NCBI GenBank assembly: GCA_050014195.1
Contig: JBEKDT010000002.1
Coordinates: 224,001 to 288,000, forward strand
Direction: 5' to 3'
Origin: Desulfomonilia bacterium
GTDB lineage: Bacteria; Desulfobacterota; Desulfomonilia; UBA1062
Length of the DNA: 64,000 nucleotides
The notes beneath the pieces are model-generated. The model made no database searches and had not been told where the DNA came from. It saw only the letters and a program-made list of their open reading frames with translations. Made by a program: the position numbers and the translations under genes. Positions 47,286-57,618 of this stretch are shown piece after piece (the stretch's first letter is position 1; each line of letters begins with the position of its first letter).

Positions 47286-50200
47286 GGTTTCAGATTCGAC
47301 TCCTTTCGTCTATAGGTCCAGTTATAAATATCAGCTCCTAATGATTGGCCACTTATCTCTTCATATAGTCGATTAAATGCTAAGCCTATTTCCAAACCGC
47401 TACCTAAAGCTAAACCAAAAGGTAAAAATATAGGCAATGATGAAGAAGTCGAAAGCATAATCTCTGAAACAAAAATTCCTGAAGCGCCACTCGCAATTTC
47501 TAATGTATTACCAACAGGACCCCATTTCTCAGGTATATTCGTTGTAGCTTCAAGACCACCAGCGATTATAGGGAGCGCTATTTTAATCGCAATTTCAGTT
47601 TCCTGAAGTATTGTTCCTTTTGGATCTCTATAGTTCACTGGATCACTGACACAGTACCCATACAGGTCCGTATCGCCGCCCTTGAAGAGGATGGGGTCTT
47701 TTGCCGTCCATCTCCCGGTATCCGGGTCGTAGTCACGGGCACCAAAGCGGATCATTCCGGTGTCACCGTCATACACACCACCCGCAAATCCAAACGGCAT
47801 GGTGAAAGAAGGATTCGTGTCATTCACCACATACCCAAAGGTATCATAATCCACCCTCTTCACCACATTGCCCGCAGTATCCGTCACCAGCCTCAGGCTC
47901 CCCACCTGGTCACAGCTCAGGTAGTATCGAGTGCTGCTGCCGTCGGTCATGGCTACAGGCATCCTGGCGTCTGCATACTCGAAGCGGTATCTGAGGGAGT
48001 TGTCTGCGTTGTATACCGCGAGAAGCCTGGTTGAACCCTGCCAGAGGTACTTCTCGATGATCGAGCCGTTGACCTTCTTCGTTATCCTCCTCCCCAAAGG
48101 ATCATAATCATATTCTATCACAGTTCCACCCGGCAGGTTTACTCTTAATAGCTCGCCCCGGCTTGTGTACGTGTAGGTCGTTGCGGAAGAGCCCTGTGTC
48201 TTTGTGTGCAGGAACCCATCCGCATCATATACATAGGAAGTACCCCCTGCCGTGATCACCTGGTCATCATTGGAATAGCTCAGGGACCTCGATGTGGTGA
48301 TGTCTTTGTACACATTCATCTCCGAGATCCGGGCTCCATTATTCCCGTAGCTGTAATCCTCCACCACGCTGTTGTTCAACGTTACGGTGCGCAGCCTGCC
48401 CAGCGAGTCGTATGCATAAGTAAACGTGTTCGTGGTGCTGTTCATGGTCTCGGTCTTTCCTGTTATCCTGCCCGTGTTATCATAGGTGAGGCTCCAGGAA
48501 TGCCCGCTGCTTCCGGCCAAGAATGACTGGCTTGCCTGCTCCCCGTAGGTATTGAATGTTCGGCCTATGGTGATAGTCCCGTCGGATACTGTGGTGGGAA
48601 GCCCGTTGCCCGCATCACGGGTGATTGCATACACGCCTGCCTGTTTGAGCAGGCGGTCCTTATCGTAGGTGAGGTTCATGATGCCGCCTGCATAGGTCAC
48701 TGCGCTCACGTCAAAGTCGTTGTTGTATGTGTAGCCCAGGCTCTGGCTCAACGAACCGCTCATGGTCTCGGAGCTCAGGAGCGAGCCGTTGTATCCGTAG
48801 GAAATCCCCTGTGCTCCCCTGGTCAGGGTGCTGATCTTGGACGGGCAGGAGTACGTGACGTCGATGTTCCCTTCGGGCATCTGCACCTCGGTGAGCAGGC
48901 TGTTCGTATAGGTGTTGCTGATCTGCCTGCCCGAAGGCATGCTGATGGATAGCAGCTGCCTGTCCTTGTTGTAGGCGTAGGCATAGGTGTTGTTCAGAGG
49001 GGTCTGGTATGAGCTTGACAGGTTCACGCGGTTGTAGCCGAAGTCATGGTCCGCCGTGGTGCCCAGGGTGGGGCTCGGCTTGCTCAGCACGGTCATGTTT
49101 CCGTTTGGGTCATAATTGAAACTGAGACCGCTGCCATCCGGACGGTCCACCTGGAAGAGGAGGTCGCGGCTGTTATAGTGATAGATTGTGGTGAAATTCA
49201 TTGGGTCTGTAATCGCAGATGTCCGGTCATTCACGTTCGTGTCATTGTACGCTAAGCTCGTGGTGCGGCTGCCGGTGGTGATTGCCAAGGGCCTGCCCCT
49301 GTTGTCATACTGGTATGCGGTGTCAGTGAGCCCGGTCACGTGCAGCAGTATGGTCAGCAGGGTGCCCGGGTCGTACGTGAACGTGGTTACCCTGCCTTCA
49401 GGACTTGTGAGGGTGCGGATGTGATTGATGGTGTTTGTTGCAAGTGTTGCGGTCTTGCCGTTCATTACCGAGGTCTCTGTGATGAGGTCCGGTATGCCGT
49501 CGCCATTGGTATCCGCATAGGTCGCACCAAAGGTCGTTGTCCGGGAGAGGCTGCCCGTAGTCTCCATAAGATTATTCATGAATTTGTACTTGTAAGCCGC
49601 ATCCAGGCCGTAGTCACTCGTAATGCTCATGCCGCAGGAAAGCGTCTTCTCCACATGCATGTCGCTTGCTGACTGGAAATAATTCGTCTGGTCTCCTGCA
49701 GGGCCTGTGATGACGGAATGGAACCCTGCGGAATCAGTGGTGTCTGCATAGGTGGTGGTGTTGTTCTCGCCCGAGGTTATGGCATAATCCGTCTCCCCGG
49801 TTGTCTGGTTGACCTGCCTCGTGTAGACCCAGTGGCCTCCTTCCGGATCGGTTACGTCCGTTACCTTGCCCGTGTCGTCAAAGGTATGGACGAAATAGTT
49901 GCCCCTCGGATCGCGTTCCTGTGTCATGAGGCCGCCGCCGTTGTAATCGAAATGATACCCGTTGCCGTCGGAGAAAGTGAGGTCCGTGAGATTGCTTCCC
50001 GCATCGAGAGTAAGCGCTGTACTGATGCCGTCTTGCGATACTATGGTTGAAGGAACACCGCCTGCATAATTGATGGTGGTCGTCTCATTAAAGCGGTTGG
50101 TGACGGAGGTGAGGTTCCTGTTGCTGTCATACCCGAAGGCATAGAGTTGGGCACCTGTCTGCACGTCAAAGGTTCTCTTGTGATATCCTGCATAGTCAAA

Positions 50201-53200
50201 GACATAGCAGATCCCATCTTCCACAAAGGGGATGTCGCCCTGGTCCAGCTTGTAGGACCCGATATCGCCATATGCCGAGGAGACCTCGCGGACCCTGAAA
50301 TTGTTCGAATCCGCTATGTAGAGATCCCCTTTCTGGTCCAGAGCCAATCCAAAGGGTAAGTAGAGATACGAGCTTGTTGCCAGGCCGCCATCTCCGGAGA
50401 AACCCCACCGCCCCATTCCTGCAAGAGTAGTTATGATACCGTTCGTATCTATCATCCGCACCTTATGGGTGGTCCCATCCGATACATAGATATTGCCGAC
50501 ATGATCGACCAGTATGCCGCTGGCATTTATGTAAGCCTGCGTTGCCGGTATTCCATCACTATCGGATCCAGATACTCCGTAGTTTGAAGACCCTCCAGCG
50601 ATGCGCGAGAGATATCCACTGGTATCAACCTTTAAAACCCCGTCAGATAAGTCAGCAATATACATATTGCCTTCATCGTCAAAGCAGACGGATTGCGGTT
50701 CGATACTGGCCTTTTTCGCCGGACCGGGGATATTGCCGGGGCCCATGGTTCTGGTGCCGGCAACCGTATTTATGAGTCCATTCTTGTCGATCCTGCGTAC
50801 TCGATAACCACTGTCTACATACCCTTCTGTGAAATAGATGTTCTTTTCGCTATCAACAGCTATTTTCCAGGCATAGATCAATGCCTGGGTTGCAGGGATA
50901 TTTTCGTTGTGGCAATCATTGCCCCCACCGGCTATGAGAACCGAACTGCCTGCCGGGTTGATTTTATAAATGTAGAATCCGGCCGAATAATTTCCCATAG
51001 AATAATAGACAGTATCATCCTTATCAACAGCAACTGAAATAACCGACCCAGGTGTTATTCTTGTGAGAACATTGTTGGTATCAAGCTTATACACCCCGCC
51101 CGTATAAGCATAGTAATCTACAACAGCCATGTATACATTGCCTTTTGAATCAATCGCTACGTCATAGGGATAACCTGCACTACTGGAAGTCAAGAAATTG
51201 GCTACCGTATCTATGGTTCTATTTAATTCATTGCTGACGACTGTCCCATCGCCCTTATAAACCTTGGCTGGTTCATAAGGATACATACGGTGATTTGTGC
51301 TGACAGTCCAGCTCTGGGCCATGGACTTATCCAGTGATCCCTTGTTTACGACAAGCCGGTATTGTTTCCAGATGATTGCTTGCTGCCGTGCCGAATTGAA
51401 CGTCCATGCAAGGCTTTCACTATTTTGAGCAAACGCCAGGATAGATGGGTTACTTGCTGCTTCAGTATCGGGAATATAACAGGCCGGGTACGCGAAACCT
51501 ATCTTTATATTTGCAGGGATTGGTCCATGGGTCTGATTTCCCCAGGCATCCATCCCATCCCACACAAACGTTACTGTCTGGTTCGGTGCAGGGGTAAGCG
51601 TCTCACTATACACTTCCCCGGCAATAGTCATCTGAACAATAATGGAAGATAGATTGGAAGGCACCGTATTACCACTCGCAGGGATGGTGATGGTGTATTT
51701 GTTGCCTTGGGACCTGCTGCTTGCATAATGCAGCGAGATATCCGTACCGGGTATCGGGATGTCCTCATCTACGCTCTGGCTCCTGTCTTCTACGGAACTA
51801 GCAATTTTAGGAACAGGACAGGGTTTTATGTCTACATTCTGGTTTCCACCTCCCTGGACTGAAGGGGCACTATTAGGATTCGGCGGTTTATTATCCGCTG
51901 GCAGAAAGGCAAAGTTCCAGTCATAGATGCTGAAATGCGACATCTCCACCCGCATGAATGTCTTGCCGGGCTGGAATCTCGATGGGTTCTGCTGGAGCCC
52001 TGCCACTTCATCGGTAAAGTCACCGTTTCCATTCAGATCCGTCGGCTGACCATTTCCTGTTGCATCGAGGGCATGGACAAGACCATCCCCAACTGTGTCG
52101 AGCAGTTTGACTACAACGCCATTCTTTTGTGCTATCCAGGTGCCCGTATCCCTATTGTAGTAGCCTACCGGGACAACGGTACCGACAGGCAAATTAAGGA
52201 AGTTATCCTCCCATGCTATCACCGGATTGCTGAATGTAACCCTTTCGACGCCGTCTATCTTGAACTCGGCGCAGAAGGTGTAGGCCGACTGGGGTGGAAG
52301 CAATGCGGGCATTGACATGGGACCATTGTCGCCCACCGTGTACTCGGTCACCCTTACCGACATGCTGCTGGGCAGTGTCTGAATCGCATTGCCGTTGGCA
52401 TCAACCGCTGTGGCAACGGTATTACCTTTAAACACCAGGGTACAGGACCGCTGACCGTTGCTGTCGGAAGAGGTGCTGCTCTGATGGAGGAACGCGGACT
52501 GAGAGTTTCCGTCCAGGGTGATGGTGGTTGCTGCGGTATCCTGCTGAATCATCACTATTGTGTCGACAACAGCGTGCTCATTCCATGGAACGTTGACATT
52601 CGGGTGCACGTTCAGGAAACCATTCATGCTGTATACCACGGTCATGAGGCCGCCGCCTTCAACGGGCAGACCGAATCTCCCTGTACTGTCTGTCTGTGCC
52701 GTGCCGTACTCGGGGTGGCCGAGGATCGTGACCGACACCCCGGGCAGCGGGGCGTTGGTTTTGTCCTGGACAATGCCGGTGACCACGGAAAACCGGCCGG
52801 CATCATATTGCTGCACAGTGGAATCAATCGGGATGAACCCTTCATATGGCTTGCCGAAAGAACCGTCGGGCAGAGGAGTACGGGGGACCGCTACCTTCAC
52901 CGTGACCTGTGCGCTCGCAGAGCCCCACTGGTTCGAGACCGTGAGGGTATAGGTGGTGGTTACCTGGGGGGAGATTGTCAGAGGAGATGCGCTTATATTA
53001 ACCGTGCCTACAGGGTCGATGTAGGCGGTCGTTACATTATCCACATTGGAGCATTGCCAGCTCAGCGTCGTGGATGTGCCTTGAAGGATCGGGGTATTGC
53101 CGCAGGCTGCAGTAAAACTGTCAATAGAGGGCGGGTTGTGTGCAGGTGTCACGGTGACTGTTGCGCGCGAGGTCGCGGTACCGCCCGGGCCGGTAGCTGT

Positions 53201-55039
53201 AATAGTGTAGGTTGTGGTCTGGTTCGGCGACACGAGCGTGGACCCGGTCGGGTTGACCGCACCGATGCCATTGTCGATACTCAGGGTGGTGGCATTGGCT
53301 GAAGACCAGGTGAGGGTAGACGAAGAACCTTGAACAATGGATGCGGGATTCGCCGTCAAGGTCACGATGGGGGGAGGCGGTGGAGTAACGGTCAATGTAA
53401 CACTGGCAGTGGCAGTTCCACCAGGGCCGGTGGCATAGATGGTATAGGTGGTTGTCGTGGTAGGTTTAACGGTCAGGGAGCTGTTCGCGGGTACCGCCCC
53501 GATGTTATTGTCGATGGTGACGGTGACAGCATTGGTGGATGACCAGGAGAGGATCGAGGTCTGACCTGTGATGATGGAAGTCGGTGTGGCATTGATACTG
53601 ACCGTTGGCGGCTGGTACACGGTAATTGTGACCGACTGTGTCTGGGTCCCGCATGCGCCTGTGGCGGTGATGGTATAGGTGGTGGTGCTCTGGGGGTTTA
53701 CCGAGATGGAGCCTGATGCCGCTACAGCACCTATCCCATTGTCTATGCTGACGCTCTGGGCATTCTCGGAGGTCCATATGAGAGAGCATGGGTCGCCCGT
53801 TTTTATTGCAGCAGGGTTGGCGGTTATGCTTACCGTGGGAGGTGAGCATTGTATGGTTGCCTTGGTGGTATCACTTGAAGTTCCGCCGTTATTGTTGGAG
53901 ACAGTGAGCTTTACCGCATATATGCCGGGTGAGGTGTATTTATGTGTAGGGGAAACGCCACTCCCATAAGAACCATCTCCAAAATCCCAGTTATAGGTCA
54001 GAGGGGATCCATTAGGGTCTGTTGAACCGGAACCGTCAAAGGTTATCGTCTGGTTCACTCCGCCGGTATATGGCCCGCCTGCGCGGGCTACAGGCGGTAT
54101 GTTGAGTGGAGGAAGCTCATCCACCTCGGTGATGAAGGTCTGGAGCACGGATGCGCCTTTCCAGTCTTTTACTTTAACCGTTATCTCATAATCACCTATG
54201 GCAGGCGGCGTCCATTGGATGCATCCGGTAAGGGGATTGATTGTCATCCCGGGAGGTGGGCTCACAAGTGAGTATGTCATGATATCCAATTGAGGGTCTG
54301 TTGCAAGAACGTCATACATGTACGGCAGTCCTACAATGGCAGGGGTTACAGGCCGGGAATAAATAACCGGCGGATAATTGAGCTTGGGAATAGTGTGGAA
54401 CGGGTGGGCGCTTGCAACATGGGAAAAAGACAACGTGCCGTTCAGCAATACGCCGACCACGTACAAGTATGTTGCGTCCTTAAGATTTGGATCAGTGTAT
54501 GTGACGGCGGATGGTCCCAGTTCTGCGATCTTTACAAAATTTGAAGGGTCGGTCTCCGGTGCGCGGTAGATATCATAGCCCTGTGCACCCTTTACCGGGA
54601 GCCATGCCATAACCACTTTCCCTTTCAAACCAACAGGAAGGAAAAAATACTCGGGATCAACGGAGAAATAGAGGGTATGCGGGTCGGATCGCTGAAGTCC
54701 GTTATTGGTGAATAATGTGACGGCATACGTCCCTTCGGGAATAAAAACGAGCGGGCTGGGTTCAGCAATTCTTGAGAATGGGCCATACCATTCATAGGAA
54801 AGGGGATTGCCTGTAACGTTGAACAGGCTGCTGTCCAGAACAATGTTGCTCCCCAAGGGTAAGTTCTTGTCGAAAACAGCATCTCCTTTCGGGTCCGGAG
54901 GGCAGGCAGCGGCTTTGTTCGTGAAAGGGATGAGTGCAGTGTTGAGCAGGACCAGGAACAAGAATATTCTGAATATGAAAGCCAGGGATTTTAAGACACA
55001 CTGATATACACGACAAGATACGCGACAAGTGTTGCTCAT
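47276..55039 (-). CDS. Teneurin-like RHS/YD-repeat polymorphic toxin (Ig/PKD stalk, NHL propeller, YD shell, toxin tip)
   Basis: GAGGAGG SD with ATG 55039; signal peptide; PKD (WDFGDG); 4 Ig-like repeats; DIPIPGTDISLHYASSR; NHL repeats (GFSGDGGLA); YD repeats; DPVNYRDPKG. Confidence 0.93.
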   Translation of the reverse strand: MSNTCRVSCRVYQCVLKSLAFIFRIFLFLVLLNTALIPFTNKAAACPPDPKGDAVFDKNLPLGSNIVLDSSLFNVTGNPLSYEWYGPFSRIAEPSPLVFIPEGTYAVTLFTNNGLQRSDPHTLYFSVDPEYFFLPVGLKGKVVMAWLPVKGAQGYDIYRAPETDPSNFVKIAELGPSAVTYTDPNLKDATYLYVVGVLLNGTLSFSHVASAHPFHTIPKLNYPPVIYSRPVTPAIVGLPYMYDVLATDPQLDIMTYSLVSPPPGMTINPLTGCIQWTPPAIGDYEITVKVKDWKGASVLQTFITEVDELPPLNIPPVARAGGPYTGGVNQTITFDGSGSTDPNGSPLTYNWDFGDGSYGSGVSPTHKYTSPGIYAVKLTVSNNNGGTSSDTTKATIQCSPPTVSITANPAAIKTGDPCSLIWTSENAQSVSIDNGIGAVAASGSISVNPQSTTTYTITATGACGTQTQSVTITVYQPPTVSINATPTSIITGQTSILSWSSTNAVTVTIDNNIGAVPANSSLTVKPTTTTTYTIYATGPGGTATASVTLTVTPPPPPIVTLTANPASIVQGSSSTLTWSSANATTLSIDNGIGAVNPTGSTLVSPNQTTTYTITATGPGGTATSRATVTVTPAHNPPSIDSFTAACGNTPILQGTSTTLSWQCSNVDNVTTAYIDPVGTVNISASPLTISPQVTTTYTLTVSNQWGSASAQVTVKVAVPRTPLPDGSFGKPYEGFIPIDSTVQQYDAGRFSVVTGIVQDKTNAPLPGVSVTILGHPEYGTAQTDSTGRFGLPVEGGGLMTVVYSMNGFLNVHPNVNVPWNEHAVVDTIVMIQQDTAATTITLDGNSQSAFLHQSSTSSDSNGQRSCTLVFKGNTVATAVDANGNAIQTLPSSMSVRVTEYTVGDNGPMSMPALLPPQSAYTFCAEFKIDGVERVTFSNPVIAWEDNFLNLPVGTVVPVGYYNRDTGTWIAQKNGVVVKLLDTVGDGLVHALDATGNGQPTDLNGNGDFTDEVAGLQQNPSRFQPGKTFMRVEMSHFSIYDWNFAFLPADNKPPNPNSAPSVQGGGNQNVDIKPCPVPKIASSVEDRSQSVDEDIPIPGTDISLHYASSRSQGNKYTITIPASGNTVPSNLSSIIVQMTIAGEVYSETLTPAPNQTVTFVWDGMDAWGNQTHGPIPANIKIGFAYPACYIPDTEAASNPSILAFAQNSESLAWTFNSARQQAIIWKQYRLVVNKGSLDKSMAQSWTVSTNHRMYPYEPAKVYKGDGTVVSNELNRTIDTVANFLTSSSAGYPYDVAIDSKGNVYMAVVDYYAYTGGVYKLDTNNVLTRITPGSVISVAVDKDDTVYYSMGNYSAGFYIYKINPAGSSVLIAGGGNDCHNENIPATQALIYAWKIAVDSEKNIYFTEGYVDSGYRVRRIDKNGLINTVAGTRTMGPGNIPGPAKKASIEPQSVCFDDEGNMYIADLSDGVLKVDTSGYLSRIAGGSSNYGVSGSDSDGIPATQAYINASGILVDHVGNIYVSDGTTHKVRMIDTNGIITTLAGMGRWGFSGDGGLATSSYLYLPFGLALDQKGDLYIADSNNFRVREVSSAYGDIGSYKLDQGDIPFVEDGICYVFDYAGYHKRTFDVQTGAQLYAFGYDSNRNLTSVTNRFNETTTINYAGGVPSTIVSQDGISTALTLDAGSNLTDLTFSDGNGYHFDYNGGGLMTQERDPRGNYFVHTFDDTGKVTDVTDPEGGHWVYTRQVNQTTGETDYAITSGENNTTTYADTTDSAGFHSVITGPAGDQTNYFQSASDMHVEKTLSCGMSITSDYGLDAAYKYKFMNNLMETTGSLSRTTTFGATYADTNGDGIPDLITETSVMNGKTATLATNTINHIRTLTSPEGRVTTFTYDPGTLLTILLHVTGLTDTAYQYDNRGRPLAITTGSRTTSLAYNDTNVNDRTSAITDPMNFTTIYHYNSRDLLFQVDRPDGSGLSFNYDPNGNMTVLSKPSPTLGTTADHDFGYNRVNLSSSYQTPLNNTYAYAYNKDRQLLSISMPSGRQISNTYTNSLLTEVQMPEGNIDVTYSCPSKISTLTRGAQGISYGYNGSLLSSETMSGSLSQSLGYTYNNDFDVSAVTYAGGIMNLTYDKDRLLKQAGVYAITRDAGNGLPTTVSDGTITIGRTFNTYGEQASQSFLAGSSGHSWSLTYDNTGRITGKTETMNSTTNTFTYAYDSLGRLRTVTLNNSVVEDYSYGNNGARISEMNVYKDITTSRSLSYSNDDQVITAGGTSYVYDADGFLHTKTQGSSATTYTYTSRGELLRVNLPGGTVIEYDYDPLGRRITKKVNGSIIEKYLWQGSTRLLAVYNADNSLRYRFEYADARMPVAMTDGSSTRYYLSCDQVGSLRLVTDTAGNVVKRVDYDTFGYVVNDTNPSFTMPFGFAGGVYDGDTGMIRFGARDYDPDTGRWTAKDPILFKGGDTDLYGYCVSDPVNYRDPKGTILQETEIAIKIALPIIAGGLEATTNIPEKWGPVGNTLEIASGASGIFVSEIMLSTSSSLPIFLPFGLALGSGLEIGLAFNRLYEEISGQSLGADIYNWTYRRKESNLKPCH

Positions 55040-55254
55040 CACAAACAACCTCCTCAAAATTACTCAAAGTAATGAGAGGGTGATTACATAACAATATTTA
55101 CAGTATATTATTTAATATCCTGAGATCTGCCGGCCTGTCAATATGAAAACTTACAGAATGGTTGAATCGACATCGTTACCCATCAACCTGTGAATCCAGA
55201 AAGCTCTTAATTCCCGGATACTGATTCATTCATTTCATCTCAAGCCCACAGTCC

Positions 55255-55812
55255 TCAGAGCTCCTTCCCGGTCTGGAAGGCCTGGCCCACCACCTCGCCG
55301 AGCTTGTGATAGGTCTCGGATGATGTCGAATAGATGAGGGGGTCCACCAACATCGGGTCCACCTTCTTTCCCTTCATGCAGTCCTCGCTGACATAAGTCT
55401 GGGTGATCTCACCGACCACAAGGGTATGGCTTCCCAGATCGAGGGTATGGAGCAGCTTGCATTCGAGGCTCACCGGGCACTCGTCGACAAGCGGTATGTG
55501 AGGGTTTTCGCCTCTGCTTATGGTAAAGAGGTTTGATTTGTCCCGGTCTTTGCCGGAATAGATGCCGCAGTAGTCAACGATCTTCACCATTGCGCTGGAT
55601 GGTACATTCACTGAAAAACAATGATTCTCCTCGATCCCTTTCAGGGTATGGCGGCCTTTCCGTACAGCAACGGAAACAGTCGGCGGCTGGTGCGATGCAA
55701 TGCCGCACCAGGCAACGACCATAAAATTGGCCTTGCCGTCCACTTCGGCCCCGATAAGGACCGATGGCATGGGGTATAAAATTGTCCGCGGGCCCTGCTT
55801 TTGTTTGATCAT
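55255..55812 (-). CDS. Flavin reductase family protein (flavoredoxin-like)
   Basis: YPMPSVLIG, FSVNVPS, DYCGIYSG, PLVDECPVSLEC and GSHTLVVGEI motifs. Confidence 0.93.
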   Translation of the reverse strand: MIKQKQGPRTILYPMPSVLIGAEVDGKANFMVVAWCGIASHQPPTVSVAVRKGRHTLKGIEENHCFSVNVPSSAMVKIVDYCGIYSGKDRDKSNLFTISRGENPHIPLVDECPVSLECKLLHTLDLGSHTLVVGEITQTYVSEDCMKGKKVDPMLVDPLIYSTSSETYHKLGEVVGQAFQTGKEL

Positions 55813-56523
55813 TTGTTGCCTCCCTTCTCGTCATGATATCATTGTGGACATTTTTGTTGTATTCACGAACGACGGATCATGTCTCAAAGGTGCGGATTAA
55901 CACTCAAGAATGTAGCCACATTCTTTCTTTATACGTGATTACTTGTTGATACTCAACAACCTTACTTGCAAACTGCGGCGTAACGACGTGATGTCGCCTT
56001 GCGATAGATCTCCGAGATAGGCGAGTGCTTGTATAAGGTCTTAAGAAATCGATGATCTCTTGATATGATTTCCGCGCATGATCACTTCGTGCCAGGGTGA
56101 AACAGAAGGCACGAGATCAACGTAACGAGCAATATACCTGCAACCATGTCTCTTGGCACAATATCTTCACTTCCTTCAACTGCTTAAAATGATAAAGTAC
56201 GTGCCATAAGGCGTGGTCAGTAACAGGACAGCTTTTCATATAGATAACATCAGCAGATCATCAGTTTTCAAGCTCTATGAAAGCGCACATTTATCGCAGT
56301 GATCTATAGTTTGAACAATGATCGTTATTGAGCAGATAACGAAGAAGACCTAAATGATATGAGAAACTTACTGAGTTCACTAAATAGTGTCTTTCTATGA
56401 ACAACGGATAGAACTTGAATTCGACTATGATACCATGCATAAGAATAACTACACTTGCGGCGAGATGGATTACTGATCTCGCAATAAGCTATCAATAGTT
56501 GAAATAAATAGGAACTTTTTTGT

Positions 56524-57558
56524 ATGATTGTAAAAACAATATCCCTTGTTGTTCCCTGTTATAATGAGACTCATACTATCCCTGCTTTTTACAAGAGAGT
56601 TGTAGCACTGGCCGAGTTAATGAGCAGGCAGTCCTTTGAGTTTATCTTTGTAAATGATGGCAGTACCGATGGAACAGATCGCATCCTAAACGATCTGGCC
56701 CTTAAGGATCAAAGAGTCAAAATACTACACTTGGCTAAGAATAGAGGTCAGCAAATAGCACTCATTGCGGGTATGGATTTTGCGACTGGTGAGATGATCG
56801 TCACAATAGATGCAGACTTGCAAGACCCACCAGAACTTATAACAGAGATGATGAAAAAGATTGAAGATGGATATGATGTTGTCCACGCACAAAGAAGGCA
56901 TAGGAGTGGCGAAACCTGGTTTAGACTTGCAACTGCAAAATTATATTACCGTATCCTCAAAATGTTATCTCAGCTTCCTATAATTGATGAGTGTAGTGAG
57001 TTCCGTGCATTTAGTCGTGCTGTCCTTTTAGCGGTTTCTGAATTTCGGACCTCACATCGATTCTTACGAGGCACTTTTATTCAAGTAGGGTTCAGGCAGT
57101 GTATCATACAGTACGACAGAGATCCTCGATATGCAGGGTATTCAAAATATCCCTTTTGTAAGTTGATGGATTTAGCAATTGATGGAATACTAAGCTTTTC
57201 ATCTGTACCGATCAGGATCATCACCTGGCTATCAATAATTCTTTGCACTTGTGTTCTCATACAATTGTTAGCTGTACTATACGAGCATTCATTCTTACAT
57301 AGTGCCATAAACATATGGAGTTTAATTATAGCGACAATGTTTTTTTTCACTGGTCTTATTCTATTTATTCTGTTCAGTATCGCCATTATAGCCTTATATA
57401 TAGGACGCATCTTTCAACAAGGGCAGAACCAGCCACTATATTGGATATATGAGACTCGCAATATTGATATTGCCTGTATTTCTGAAAAAGCACTTGAATT
57501 GAGAGAGGTCAGACTTTCACAACAGATTATGAAAGAGAATAATTGTGATCGATCATGA
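56524..57558 (+). CDS. GT2 polyprenol-phosphate glycosyltransferase (GtrB/ArnC-like)
   Basis: VVPCYNE, VNDGSTD and IDADLQDPPE motifs; two C-terminal TMs. Confidence 0.92.
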   Translation: MIVKTISLVVPCYNETHTIPAFYKRVVALAELMSRQSFEFIFVNDGSTDGTDRILNDLALKDQRVKILHLAKNRGQQIALIAGMDFATGEMIVTIDADLQDPPELITEMMKKIEDGYDVVHAQRRHRSGETWFRLATAKLYYRILKMLSQLPIIDECSEFRAFSRAVLLAVSEFRTSHRFLRGTFIQVGFRQCIIQYDRDPRYAGYSKYPFCKLMDLAIDGILSFSSVPIRIITWLSIILCTCVLIQLLAVLYEHSFLHSAINIWSLIIATMFFFTGLILFILFSIAIIALYIGRIFQQGQNQPLYWIYETRNIDIACISEKALELREVRLSQQIMKENNCDRS

Positions 57559-57618
57559 TAAGTCTTTAATGTTCAGTAAAAATATAAATCACTATGATCT
57601 GATTTATTCATAATAACA

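Noticed and set aside
45700-48815. Diversity-generating retroelement template/variable repeat pair
   Set aside because: Differences are mostly synonymous, not adenine-specific, and no reverse transcriptase is present.
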